Below are positions 1 through 12,800 of a stretch of DNA of 64,000 nucleotides, piece by piece. The first letter of the stretch is position 1. Every line of letters starts with the position of its first letter. This DNA comes from Eukaryota sp. GEM-RC1 (lineage: Eukaryota). The stretch lies in NCBI GenBank assembly GCA_040285855.1, contig JAUFOQ010000003.1, forward strand, positions 620,001 to 684,000, written 5' to 3'. A program made the position numbers and the translations under genes. Under the pieces are notes generated by a model, which saw only the letters and a list, made by a program, of their open reading frames with translations, made no database searches and had not been told where the DNA came from.

Positions 1-959
1 AGCGTGCACTTTTCACGGTCCGACATTTTGCTCCTCTTTTTCCCATATGACATCCTGTCTGTCGCCTCTATCAGTAGTTCTCTTTGGTAATAAACTGTCG
101 TATTGCTGGCGTTCATTCTGATAACATCTTTTGATCAGCAACTTGAAGGTGTATTACCTTCTTTCTTGACTTCACATATACCGGACATATTTCCTTTGAT
201 ACACCTGACATCCCCGTCTTAGCTGCCTCGTCAACATCATCCCTTTCACATCTTGCTCATTTCAGATTATCTTTGGTGTAACAGCTTCTAACAAATGTAA
301 CTCCTCCATCAAAACCCTGTAGGATGTTGATTGACGTACCACAAGAACTTTTTTATCTAGCAACCCTCCATACTCTCCAAAAGAGTTCCCTAAAAGAGCA
401 TAACACATGGTCTAAACCAACGCTATAACGTAGACGTAGACGGAAGATATATTTATGATAAAAAACCTTATTGAATCGTGTTTATGGGGAGAACCAACAG
501 GAAACTGTACAGAACTGCCATGAAGCCAAAGAACAAACCCAAATTGATAGGGAAATAGAAGGGGCGATGGAAGATGTAGATCCGTTCTCGTAGTATCTGG
601 AGATGTATCACATGGATGGTGGCATAGAGTGTAAAGAAAGGATGTAGAAGGAGAACAAGGAGGAACGTGAATCACAATGGCGAGATATACGCTAGAACAA
701 GAAGGACATAAGAGAGAAGAAAGGGAAGGTCATAAATGAGGGTCAATAAAAAGATTGACTGGAGCAAAAGATCAAAAAGAATTTGACTTGTCAAGACGAA
801 TTCAGAAATTTCAAACCGACGGTCAAAAATCCCTGAAGTCAGCAGACAGATCATAAATCTAATAGAGCGCCACCCCCTAATTTTCGGGGTTTGGGGGTGG
901 CGTTGTATTAGATGTTTTAGAGTAATTATTTTCATTAATTACAGTCTACCCTCCCAATA

Positions 960-1948
960 CAGTCTACCCTCCCAATATGACCAGGTGTCGGACCAGTCTT
1001 ATTGGGAGGGTGGACTTATTCGGAGGGTTTGGTTTTTATAGAATGAACAGCGATCGTCGATCGTTTATAACAAATAAAACAACAAGCTAAGACAACCGTG
1101 CGTCTATTGAAGGGAGAATTGGAGCTGGATCTATCACCAGTTAGGTGAACAGATGTTTGGGGAAAATCAAGGTGACATTGTGACAAATCAAACTCTCTAT
1201 GAACTGCAACAGAGAGTTTGACCACTGCTTTCAGCTTTTATCAACAGATAACAACTATAGAGAGAAAGTGTAAAGGCTAAGATCACCAAAGCAATGATCT
1301 TGTACAGGATTTTAGATCGCGATGAAAGGAAGGCAATAACTTTCAAAGCGCCTATCTAGGGAGAGGATGAAGCGCTATGACTCACAGCAAGCGGATAAGC
1401 GCTATTTGGAGAAAAAATGTTCACCAACATTCAAATAGGAGAGAACCATGAACGTACGAGTGCACAATAGAATTTCTGGTGATTGTGATGAAGGAGGAAT
1501 GCTGAAAAGGCGTTACTGAGGGGGAAGTGACTGTTTTTGAGAGAGCTTCTCTCTCAACACAATTTTCCTCCACAGACAAGACCAAAACATTGTTTGACAT
1601 GATCTAGAGTGGTTCGAGGGGGAGGAGATTATAAGGAATAAGATCTGACCAGAACACATGAGATTGTCTTAGCCAAGTGATGATTAACAACATGTGAGCC
1701 ATCAAAGATGTTGTATCAATAAGATATAGATATGTGAAGTCAAAAATGTGAGTTTTGTTATAAAAGCCATCAAAAACATGATCGAAAGAGATCACGATAA
1801 TGTTGACACCGAAGATACGAAAAAGGAAACATGTTTATTTGAAGTAAGGGAATCGGTTAAGGGAAGACAAAAAGTCGGACAGTAAAAATTTGGTCATAAT
1901 GGGAGGGTGGACTTATTCGGAGGGTGGTCATATTGGGAGGGTAGACTG
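960..1948 (-). mobile_element. Non-autonomous TA-target DNA transposon/MITE (Tc1/mariner-pogo type ends), family B copy 1
   Basis: TIR CAGTCTACCCTCCCAATATGACCA at both ends, TA on both flanks (958-959, 1949-1950); reverse complement of 4144-5133 and 46294-47280 with scattered substitutions; no convincing ORF. Confidence 0.9.
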
Positions 1949-1985
1949 TATGACCACCCTCCGAATAAGTCCACCCTCCCATTAT

Positions 1986-4029
1986 GGACACCTGTTTTTG
2001 CGGCACAAAATTTGTAAACTTGCGGCATAAAACTTCTTCTCCTCCTGTGTCTGATATATACTTCTAGAACATCTTTATTGCAAATCTACAACTTGTACTG
2101 TACATTCTTTACGCTTATGACCAATTTCACCACAATTTCCACATGGTTGTTTGCAGGTCTTTTGGTAGTGACCTAATGCATTACAGTTCTTACAAACAGC
2201 TTTCTTTCTCGGAATCGGATTTGATTGATCAGCAGTATTTGTTCGGATGGGCTCTTGCACGTCAGTGTTTGCATGTTCTTCAGATGGAGGCAGAAGAGGT
2301 TCATTAATGACTTGCAGTGCTTGTTCCAGATATTTTCTTGCTCTTATCTGCTGCACACTTGTGTAGGACTCCCAGTTACGATACAAAATATCGATCACAT
2401 CTTCTTCATCCTCAGAATCTTTTTCATTGCTTTTCTGTAGCAACCACTGCACATGAAAGTCTTCCAGAGTAAGTCGTTTCCGCACCTGTAGTAGCTCATG
2501 AGCACATGGTATACCGTACACTCTTCTATGATATCCTTTACAATCAAGATCTTCACTAAAAGGATCTTCTTCTTCAACTTCTTGCAGCCGTAGCATCTTT
2601 AGGTACTGTTGGTGAACCATTTCTAGAGCTTCTGCTGATACTTTTCCATGGAGTCTGTTGAACATTGGTTCTCCAGCAATCTTTGTCAATCTCTGATGTT
2701 TTTCTTTATCAATATCAAAGTTTCTTTCTTCAGCTGATCTTCTCATGACTTCCATTGCGCGTTCTGAAGATTCGAACAAAGTCATGTTGCTCATTTTTTG
2801 ATTGTTCTTCAAATGAGCATGTGAACCTTCGACTCTCTGACTTGAATAGGATCCAAAATGAGTATATTGATCCACCCAGCATCTTATAAAAAATTCTCTC
2901 AATGGGAGCCACTGTGATTCGATGTAGGCAACTATACTATCAAAGTTCGAAACTGAATGCCATGTCATTTTTAGCTTATTCCATGCAAATATGAATTGTT
3001 CTTCTGTATATGAGTTTACTACAGTTCTCCAGTCTTTGTAAAATTCAGGCCAACGATCATTTTTTGAAATGTGATTTCTGGTCGCAATGTTCCTTATGAC
3101 GTGCCAATAACATATCATTTGACTAACATTCGGCCAGTGAACTGCTACAGCTTTTAGTAAGGCTTTATCGGCGTCTGTGCATACAACTTTTGGACGACAA
3201 CCCATTAATTCGTCGAATGTGTTAAAAATCCATGCAAAATCCATGGTCGCTTCTTTAGCAATAAAGGCATAGGCTATATGGAATGTGTGCATACATGCAT
3301 CAATTCCAACAATTGACATGAGGGGGAACTTATGCTTATTAGTGCTATGTTAGTGATCTATGTTTCCGTTGTCATCAATTTCAAATTCAAAGTCTACATC
3401 ATCAGAGTAGGTGTTAATAAGGTAGTCTAATGCAGAACTGTTTCCAATTGCTCTTTCTTTTCTTCGGCGATTTATATTATAAAGATCAGTTAATGTTAGA
3501 TTCCTTATTCCTTCTTGAAAGAGTATATCACGAGTAATCCTTACACTACGACATGTAGCCAAGGTTTTTTCTACTTTAAGCTTTGTTTCAGAAGTTAAAG
3601 ACTTCCATCTGTGGGCAGAGAAGACGTTAATGTTGGAAGCACCATCATGATTGTGGTCACTACATTGTATATCAAGGGTAAATTGAGGAGTGTCTAAGTA
3701 AACACCGACACCTTCTAAGATGTACGTCGATGTTAAGGCACAATATATTCGGAATGGGCATGAGAGTTGGAAAGACCTGGTGTTACGTGAAGAACCTTCA
3801 TCATCATGGGTAAGTCGAGAGGACCCACGATTACAATGGAAATAAGATCCTCTTGCATTAGTCTTTCTCTTACAGAGGCTGTAACCTTGTTGGGAATAAT
3901 ATGATAAACATTCTTGGAAAGCTTCATTAATGGAGACAAAGGGTTTTCGTAATTCATCAGGAAGGTTGCTAGAGAAGAAGTTTTATGCCGCAAGTTTACA
4001 AATTTTGTGCCGCAAAAAAACAGGTGTCC
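1986..4029 (-). mobile_element. Mutator-like (MULE) DNA transposon
   Basis: ~56-bp TIRs GGACACCTGTTTTTGCGGCACAAAATTTGTAAACTTGCGGCATAAAACTTCTTCTC (1986-2041; inverted at 3972-4029) enclosing a MULE transposase; no TSD seen. Confidence 0.85.
2075..3957 (-). pseudogene. MULE/FAR1-like transposase with SWIM finger and two C-terminal CCHC knuckles; 5' part frameshifted
   Basis: VVCTDADKALLKAV...ICYWHV core, SQRVEGSHAHLK, CKGYHRRVYGIPCAHEL, CKNCNALGHYQKTC and CGNCGEIGHKRKEC; upstream pieces in ORFs 3350-3562 and 3733-3993. Confidence 0.8.
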
Positions 4030-4143
4030 AAGATTGGTTCAAACTTGTACAAGTTTACAATATCATATAAAGAACTCATTATTAGTATATCGTCGTTACC
4101 CATTTTATTTTAAGAAGGTGGACTTATTCGGAGGGTGGTCATA

Positions 4144-5133
4144 CAGTCTACCCTCCCAATATGACCACCCTCCGAATAAGTCCACCCTCCCATTATGACC
4201 AAATTTTCACTGTCCGACTTTTTGTCTTCCCTTAACCGATTCCCTTACTTCAAATAAACATGTTTCCTTTTTCGTATCTTCGGTGTCAACATTATCGTGA
4301 TCTCTTTCGATCATGTTTTTGATGGTTTTCATAACAAAACTCACATTTTTGACTTCACATATCTATATCCTATTGCTACAACATCTTTGATGGCTCACAT
4401 GTTGTTAATTATCACTTGGCTAAGACAATCTCATGTGTTCTGGTCAGATCTTATTCCTCATAATCTCCTCCCCCTCGAACCACTTTAGATCATGTCAAAC
4501 AATGTTTTGGTCTTGTCTGTGGAGGAAAATTGTGTTGAGAGAGGAGCTCTCTCAAAAACAGCCACTTCCCCCTCAGTAACGCCTTTTCAGCATTCCTCCT
4601 TCGTCACAATCACCAGAAATTCTATTGTGCACTCGTACGTTCATAGTTCTCTCCTATTTGAATGTTGGTGAACATTTTTTCCTCCAAATTACGCTTATCC
4701 GCTTGCTGTGAGTCATAGCACTTCATGCTCGTCCTAGATAGGCGCTTTGAAAGTTATTGCCTTCCTTTTATCGCGATCTGAAATCCTGTACAAGATCATT
4801 GCTTTTGTGATCTTAGCCCTTACACTTTCTCTCTATAGTTGTTATCTGTTGATAAAAGCTGAAAGTAGTGGTCAAACTCTCTGTAGCAGTTCATACTTCG
4901 TCAAAATTGTCACAATGTCTCCTTGTTTTTCTCCAAACATCTGTTCACCTAACTGGTGATAGATCCAGCTCCAATTCTCCCTTCAATAGATGCACGGTTG
5001 TCTTAGCTTGTTGTTTTATTTGTTATAAACGATCGACGATCGCTGTTCATTCTATAAAAACCAAACCCTCCGAATAAGTCCACCCTCCCAATAAGACTGG
5101 TCCGACACCTGGTCATATTGGGAGGGTAGACTG
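4144..5133 (+). mobile_element. TA-target MITE family B copy 2
   Basis: Same TIRs; TA at 4142-4143 and 5134-5135; inverted relative to copy 1. Confidence 0.9.
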
Positions 5134-5869
5134 TATTTCTCTCATCTTTTGAGGAGCAATGTAATATTGCAATTAACACTTTTGCTGAAATTAATTAGAC
5201 ATTTAATTATTTCCTGATATCCATTTTTAATTTTCAAAAAGACCCTTCAGTGTACTGATCTGTTTGCAAACAAGACTAGTTTTTGTAATACATTGTACTG
5301 TCCATAGTAAGACATTGGACCTAAATTCAGTAAAGAACTATCAAGTATAAGTATAGTCACATAAAAGCTGCTTCTATAGACGTAAAACAAAAAAAACTGG
5401 GATTAGGCAGCTTTACCTGACTAAATATACGTTCCACTTCTAAACTAGTACAGGTGTCGCTTGAAATTCAGAATTAGTCGGAAAAACTGTCTTCAACCAA
5501 AGAGATGGAGTATTGGTAGGGAAAGGAAGAAAGTCTTTCTTTCTCAAAGAAAAGTAGTTTATGAGCTCTTCTGTTGATCCGCAAAAATACAGCGTATATT
5601 CATTTCGAGCATTTGAAACATCTGTAATAATTGCAATTAATTGGTCTCACATTTTTTAGGCCAATTACTTGTTGCAGTTATTTAATTGGCAATGCAATTT
5701 TTCCAAGTCATGGCCAAAGATCTAATGGTAAGTTGAATAGATCATGGATTGAGATCGTCCTTTTGACTAGAAACAACTCTCAAAAAGACAGATGTTTTAA
5801 AAACTACATAAGCTCAAATATAAAAATGACTAGAAGATATTTATTGCAACTTTGAACCAGATGACGAGA

Positions 5870-6487
5870 TTACTTACGATATCTGCGGAACTGAACAAGG
5901 TTGTTACGCTTCCAATAGGCACGACGAGAGGGGAAAGCCTTTCTGAAAAGATGACCTTTACCGTGGAGTCCACGATGTTTGCGACCAGCTGAGGTGGCAC
6001 CACGAAGTTCACGATGCTTCATAGTGGAAGATACGATCCAGTTGATTCTTGGATCGCGTCTGATAGCGTTATGAGAAGGATCGACAAGGATAACTTCATA
6101 GTACTTATAGGTACCGTCTTGGCAGATCCAATAAGAGTTGAGAACTCTTAAGTTACCAATGGCACGTCCAACTTTTTCCTCGGCCATTGAACGGGTATTT
6201 CTTTGGTTCTTAAGGTACTTAACACCCTGACGGACGGGCTTTCCGTGAACAATACCGTTATGAACTGGGCGTTTGCGGGAACCACGGCGAACACGAACAC
6301 GATAAACAACGAATCCCTGTTTAGCCTTGAAGCCAAGTCTTCTGGCCTTATCAGGACGAGTGGGGCGATGGACTCGATGGATACCTGGGAGTTGTCTGTA
6401 TTCCCAAGCACGAATTCTCTGCAAGTAGCGGAGTACTTCAGATTGTTTGCGCTTGTATAGTTCTTCTAGATATTTGTAGGCGGCCAT
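5870..6487 (-). CDS. RPL15: 60S ribosomal protein L15 (eL15)
   Basis: [57 protein letters not shown]; intronless 205 aa. Confidence 0.98.
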   Translation of the reverse strand: MAAYKYLEELYKRKQSEVLRYLQRIRAWEYRQLPGIHRVHRPTRPDKARRLGFKAKQGFVVYRVRVRRGSRKRPVHNGIVHGKPVRQGVKYLKNQRNTRSMAEEKVGRAIGNLRVLNSYWICQDGTYKYYEVILVDPSHNAIRRDPRINWIVSSTMKHRELRGATSAGRKHRGLHGKGHLFRKAFPSRRAYWKRNNLVQFRRYRK

Positions 6488-6601
6488 GCTTTGATAAACA
6501 AGATCTTGATCAACAAACTGGAAAGAAAAAGGAATTCACTTCATCTACACTCCGAAGAAACAACCTCCAGTTTCATACTTTACGTCTTATTTTTGCTTTG
6601 T

Positions 6602-9371
6602 GATGGGTCTGTCAGATATGAAATCTTCCACACTACCGAACTCTCTTGATCTTAAAGACTTATCTGGCCCTGAACATCGTACTATCCAATCTCTCCGCCG
6701 TGAACTAAAGGCAGCCTCTGAAAAGTTACGTGTTCTAGAGCATGAACGTACAGCGGATGACACCTTTCGTCGTAAGTCCCATGATGCTTTACGTGAACTT
6801 GGTGTTGAACTTCGTGATGTTGTTCAAGAGAACTCTGCTCTACGACAGCGTATCTCTCATTTGGAATCAAAGTTCGTTACTTCACCCCGAATGTCTTCAC
6901 GTGATCACTGCGAAAACTGCACTTCCCTCCGTGAAGAAATCACTAGCCTTCGTTCATCTTTAATTAAGTCCAATTCTGACCACGTATCAGCTACTGAGGA
7001 GCTCAACTCTATTATGGAAGAGTACGGTTCATTAAAACATGAGAACAAGGTGCTGTGCAATAGAATAGAGGAGTTGTTAGACGAAGTAAACAATTTAGGA
7101 AATAGCGGCAGCTTTAATAGAGAGGAAGTCGACCGACTGACCGAATTGATTGAGAAACTCGAACATGAAAAGAAAAATCTCACTGAGACAATTAATTCGC
7201 TGAATAATTGTATATCGGAAAAAGACACTGATTTGTCCAATGTTCAAACGGAATTCGATAATTATGTTGAAGAAGCATCACAACAGATTTCTGACCTTCA
7301 ATCATCTTTGAGTGATGCGCTGGAGGACAATCATCAATTGCAATCAGATAAGTATTCAATTCAGGCAGAATATCAAATTGATCTCGAATCACTTCAGAAA
7401 AGTGTGATAATCTATCAGAATCAGGCTATAAAGGCTCAAAAATCGGAACGCCAAGCTCTTTTGAAATTAGCAAAATTGGAAATATTTAATTCAAAGAATT
7501 TGGAAGCCTCTTTTCTTGCTCGTGAAAAACTAAACCAACTAGTGTCGTCATTGTCCCCCAAAAGCTGTCTGGTAACTCCTAAGAGGCGTAGTAAACGTAT
7601 CGATGACGTGTCATATGATGACGTCAGCATGAAAAAGTTGTCAATGAGTACAGGGGCTCTGAACAAAAAGGAATTGCACGATGATCTAAATTTTAAAAAT
7701 TTGGATTTGAATACTTCAAAAGGTGATGAATTTGACGAGGAGAGACAACGTGTTGCTCAGAAGGTTTTGACTATGTTAAGGGGTGAAAAGGAACGTAATC
7801 AACCTCCCTTGATTGAGGAAGTTGAAAGTCGACAATCAACTCCGAATTTGGAAGGTGAACAATCTGTTGACGAGTCTCCTCCAGAAGTCAATCTAACATT
7901 GCAAGATCTTAAAGAAGAAACTGGTAATCAAGAAGTTGATGACGTCAACAAGGTTGAAATTCAATCAAATGTAATTGATGCTTCTTCTTCCTCCGTTGAA
8001 GAACTTTCTGATTCTGAAGAGTTTGTATTTGAAAGCAGTGACAATGAAGAGGAAGATGTGGAAGAATTGAAGGAAGAGAACGAAGTGGAAGTAGAAAAAG
8101 GAGACAAGGACGACCATTTCATTGTTGAAGACTCTGCTGACGTCAACATTTATATTGATGATGAGCCCCTTCGTGATGAAAACGATGATGATGAAGTTGT
8201 CGAAATTGAAGCGATTGAACCGGAAGAAGATCAAGTGTTGGATAAATCAGAAGATCAAAATCTCAATCAAGATTCAAAAGAGGAAAGTCAAAATCAGGAT
8301 TCGAAACAGGAAGGTGTTCAGTTTGATGAGGTGGAGAAGGATTTTGATGGTTATGGTTCCGATGAAAGTGAATCTGATGAAGAACCTACAAATGATCAGA
8401 GTTTCGGACTAAATACCATTCTGGCTAACCAATTTGGAAACTTGAACAAGAACACCCACGATCAACTTGTCGTTTTAGGAAATGGTGATGAGGAAGTTTC
8501 CCTTTCTGATAATGATTCTGAACCCACTGATGAACCTCCCAGTCGGAGTCGATTGAACTCAGTTCTACTCCAATCTGGTATTCAATCAATCAATTCTAGT
8601 GATTCTGACCCTCAATCGAAACTTGATTATGGAACCTCCTCTGCAAATGAAAACCTTGTACTATCCACAAATTCCGAAAATTTCATTAAAATGTCCAATT
8701 CAAATGAATCTCCTTCTCTGGTTCTCTCTTCATTTGACGTACGGGACTTGGTTTACGAGTCTGATGGACAGATCACGTTTGAAGACTCCGTCCCATCTAA
8801 GTTACAAGAGTCCTCCTCATCAGATCTAGATGCAACTTCTCCAGGTAATGGTGTTCTGATTTCACAAATTTCTGACGCTTTTATGTGTCTACGGTCATTT
8901 GGTCTAGACGTTGTTAAAATACCTTTCCATGGGGGCAAACCTGCTGTTCGGAAGCTATGGTTTGAAGATAGTTATTTATACTGGGATAAGAGCTCAAAGA
9001 GACCAAAGAAACCCCCACTCAAGTCTAGAATCAGTTATTCAGAAATAGAAAGTGTTTTGATTGGACCATTAACGCCAACGTGTGGCAAGTTTCTTTTTGA
9101 TAATAAGCTGGATATTCACCTGACCGTGTCTATTTGTATTGATAGTCGGACTGTAGATTTTGCTACTAGAACTACTGGTGATTGTTGTAAGTTGATCTGG
9201 GGCTTAGCTGCTATAGTCCCTCAAACAGCTTATTTACCTTTTGGGGGTCAGCTCCATCACGGACGGCTGCTGCGAAAAATTATTGGAAACAAGATTAAAT
9301 TTCTGGCTATACGAAAAAAGACTAAGGTGTCTCATGTATTAGCATCTGCCATTAGGAAAATAAAACTGTAA
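6602..9371 (+). CDS. Coiled-coil protein with acidic low-complexity middle and C-terminal PH-like domain
   Basis: ~920-aa intact ORF; N-terminal heptad-rich region, D/E-rich centre, C-terminal VVKIPFHGGKPAVRKLWF..LYW..ISYSEIESVLIG..TVSI..SRTVDF..LIWGL resembling PLC/Num1-Mcp5-type PH domains. Confidence 0.7.
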
Positions 9372-9825
9372 ATTAATTAGTTTTTTTACCTTGGATTACA
9401 GTCGATTTCAACTCATTAATACTTTCAGGCTCCCAAAATGATCTTTCTAGTCCTTATGTTGCCTCTCATTTCAACTTTCTCCTGATATAACTGTTGTCAG
9501 CTACTAGATTCATAAGTCTTCATGGCTTTTCCTGTTTTTTGATGTAAAATTCCATAACTATTCACAGTGCTACATCAACTACAACCATCACGTAACAGAA
9601 GTCTTGACATGTCAGCTCACAGTAGGTTGTGACTTAGCCAATATTCATTTTTTAATATACATGCAAGACTTACTAGTATACACTGGTATGAATGCAAGAA
9701 TTAGATTCTTTGGTAATCTCATAAAAAATTCAAACACTATGAAGCGAAGCAGAAAGATAAATTAAGTAGATTTATTAGTAAAAAATTAAAGAAAATTACC
9801 GTTTAATACAGAAAAACTGAAGGAA

Positions 9826-12800
9826 TTATCCTCTAATTTCTTCAAATTCAATAGGATGTTCACCAAAAGCCATGATTCCAAAGCCATTCTCTTGACCTGC
9901 ATCCCAAGTACAAGGAACAATGGTATAATCAACACCAGCTTCAACATCAATCTCAGAGAACAACTCACGGAGATAGATAAAGCCAGCTTTTGCGTAAACA
10001 TTTGCGGTAGTTGCAATTGTGATCTTACCGCCTTTACCAGTACATACATAGAAACCAATAGCAAACTGCTTCTGGCCTTGCATTCTACGATCATCTTGAC
10101 GTAACACAATGCCACATTTACCAGGTTTAGAAGATCTTAATCTGTATTGAGGGTTTGTGATAAAAGTATCTCTATTCTCAGCAGATGATCGTCCACCAGC
10201 AGTTCTGTTAGCAACGGACCAGGCACTTCTGAACTTACCAGGATAGTGCTTATCAAAGAAGCGGCAAATGTAAAGAGAATCAAAATGAGCAACATAATCA
10301 CCATACGTCATCCAGAACTTACCATCATCAACAGAAGAAAAATCAAGACGCTTTTTGAGCTTGGCAGTCCATTTAGTACTAGTTGGTCCATAATCTCCCT
10401 TCCAAGAAGAATCTCCCCAAGGATTTCGAAGTTGAATTAATTTTAAATTTTCAACTTCGACACATTGAAGAATCGAATAAGCATGTCCTTGAACAATTCC
10501 AAAGGAAGAAATGTCTGTATCTTTTCCAGAAGGAGATCCAGCACCTAAAAGATAACCAGATTCAACATAGTTTCTCATTTTACGCCAAAGAGCTCCTGAA
10601 GCAATCTCAGATTTAGCCTTTTTAAACCTAACTTCATCAGCAATTCCTCCAGTCAAATCAGATAAACCAACTGACACGTGTCCTCCTTCAATAGTTTCAT
10701 AGTTACCATGAATCTTAGCGTAAGCCTTTTCAATTAAAGCAGGGAAAAATTCTTTTGCTTCAGTTGAGTGACAGAAAAGCGGTAAGTTGTTACCTCTAAC
10801 AGGAAGGAAATCATCAATAGTTACATAAGTCCAAGAACAATTCTTATGGAACCTCAGAACATAGAAACCATTCTTAGTATAATCCTTGACAAATAAATGC
10901 TGAATCAAATCTGGTCTTGTGGCACAAACAGCAATAGCTGAGATTAACCAGCAATCACCCAAAGATCCTTGCTGAACACGGTCTGCACAAGGAGTTCCTT
11001 GAAACACTTGTCCTCCAAGTTGAGAAACTCTTTTCCAATTAGGATTTGCTCTGGAGGATAGGGCTGGACCGAGAGCTTTATCACCAGCAGGGAAGTTTTC
11101 ATCAGAGAACAATTGATTGGATGACGACAGAGTCTTTGCCAATTCATCGTATTTAGAAAGAGGGTCAGAAACAGTGGGCTTGGGGGTCGGTGGAGCTTCT
11201 TGTTGATTGCTAGACTTGCTGAACCAACCTCCTCTTTTCTTTTGACGTTGAAGCGTTAATTGACGGCGACGTTCTTGCTCTTCTTGCTGTTGCTCAAATC
11301 TACGTCTTCTATCATCGTCAACGTCATCGAAATTCTTGGAGATTGGAGTGATTGGAATGTTGACGTCATTATCATCGGCAACCTTAGGAATGGGAGTGAC
11401 AGAAATGTTGACGTTTATATCAGAGTCGCCAGAAATGCTGGGAGATCGATCAGAATTTGGAATCACGTTGTTTCTTCCAATGATCTTCTTTCTCTTTCCA
11501 TCATCAATACCTTGTTGTCGACGTTGTTGCTCAATCTCAAGCTGTCTTCTTCGACTTTCTTCTTCCAACTTCCGTCTTCGTTCTTCCTCTCTTTCTTCTT
11601 CTTGCTTACGAATCTCATCACTTCGATGCTCATCTTTCTTTTGTTTTCCATCCATGCTTCCATTTCAGCCATGAGACGTTTCTTCTTCTCTACAGACATT
11701 GACTGTAATTCAGCAGCAGTCACGTTTTCCTTACCAGTTGATTGAAGGAAAAGGGTCAGATTATTCAACAAAGTGAACTCTACAGCATTGGCTGATTGGT
11801 ATAACTTAACAGCAGCTAACAAGACAATCGAAACGTCACCTTCAAACTGACTGGTGAACTCGTCATACAACTTCCAAGTTTTAATGAATTCTTCAGGATT
11901 CTTTGCTTCAGATTTAGAGGATTGGTACTTAGAAGCAAGGTCAGTCCAAGTAGGTTTGAAACCACTAGCAATGTTAAGAGAATCATCAGCTAGAGTTTCA
12001 GAAACAACACGTGGAGATAGTAAGTAGTGATTCTTTCCTAAAAGGAATGATGGTAACGTGACACTTGATCCGATTGAAGTAACTAAAAATAGAGCAGAAA
12101 CTCCAGAAACAACAAGTGGACCCCAATAAATTGATTCCATCCAAAGAGAAGCAAAACAACCCCAAAGAGATAGAATGATGAAGGATAATAAAGACAAAAA
12201 CTTTGGTAAATTGACCTTCATGAATTGTCCATTGTCAGTAAGACAATAACTAGGGAAAACCCAAGGAGAGGAGATCAAAGGTGATGACGAGTTCATAGGT
12301 TTTAAGGAGAATGAATAAAGTAAACAAACTCCAACAACAATGAACAAACACAACGAACCTCCCCAAAATATACCTTCACCTCTACCTCCTACGTACAAAG
12401 CTGTCATGGTAGCAAGACCAACGTAAATAAAAGTGTAGACTCTTAAATGAGGAGGGAAATGGCCACTAGTTCTAATAGAGAAAGCAATAAATGAAACGAA
12501 TAAAACTGAGAATAGACCTCCAAGTAGAGATGCTCCAAAGTACCAAGGATCAGTTGTAAACGTGATGATGACGAAGTAGAGAGTAAAGGTTATGATTGAA
12601 GCCAATGCGGTGATTGTAGTGGATTTAGCAGGTTTATAATTGCGATCAGAGAAATCATATAAAGCAAATCCACCTGAAACCAATGGGAAGAGGCATGCTA
12701 ACGTGACCAAAGTACCGGCACCTGATTGGTCAAGCACAGTCATTGATAGAACTCCCCATAATACATGCAGGCCAGCTGCAGTTAACAAAAAGGTAGCTTC

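Noticed and set aside
1016..1795. Short ORFs recurring in MITE-B copies
   Set aside because: Frames are not conserved among the three copies and no domain is recognisable
960..5133. Treating the ~990-bp inverted arms as the MULE's own long TIRs
   Set aside because: The arms have their own TIRs and TA duplications, a solo copy exists at 46294-47280, and the MULE has separate 56-bp TIRs
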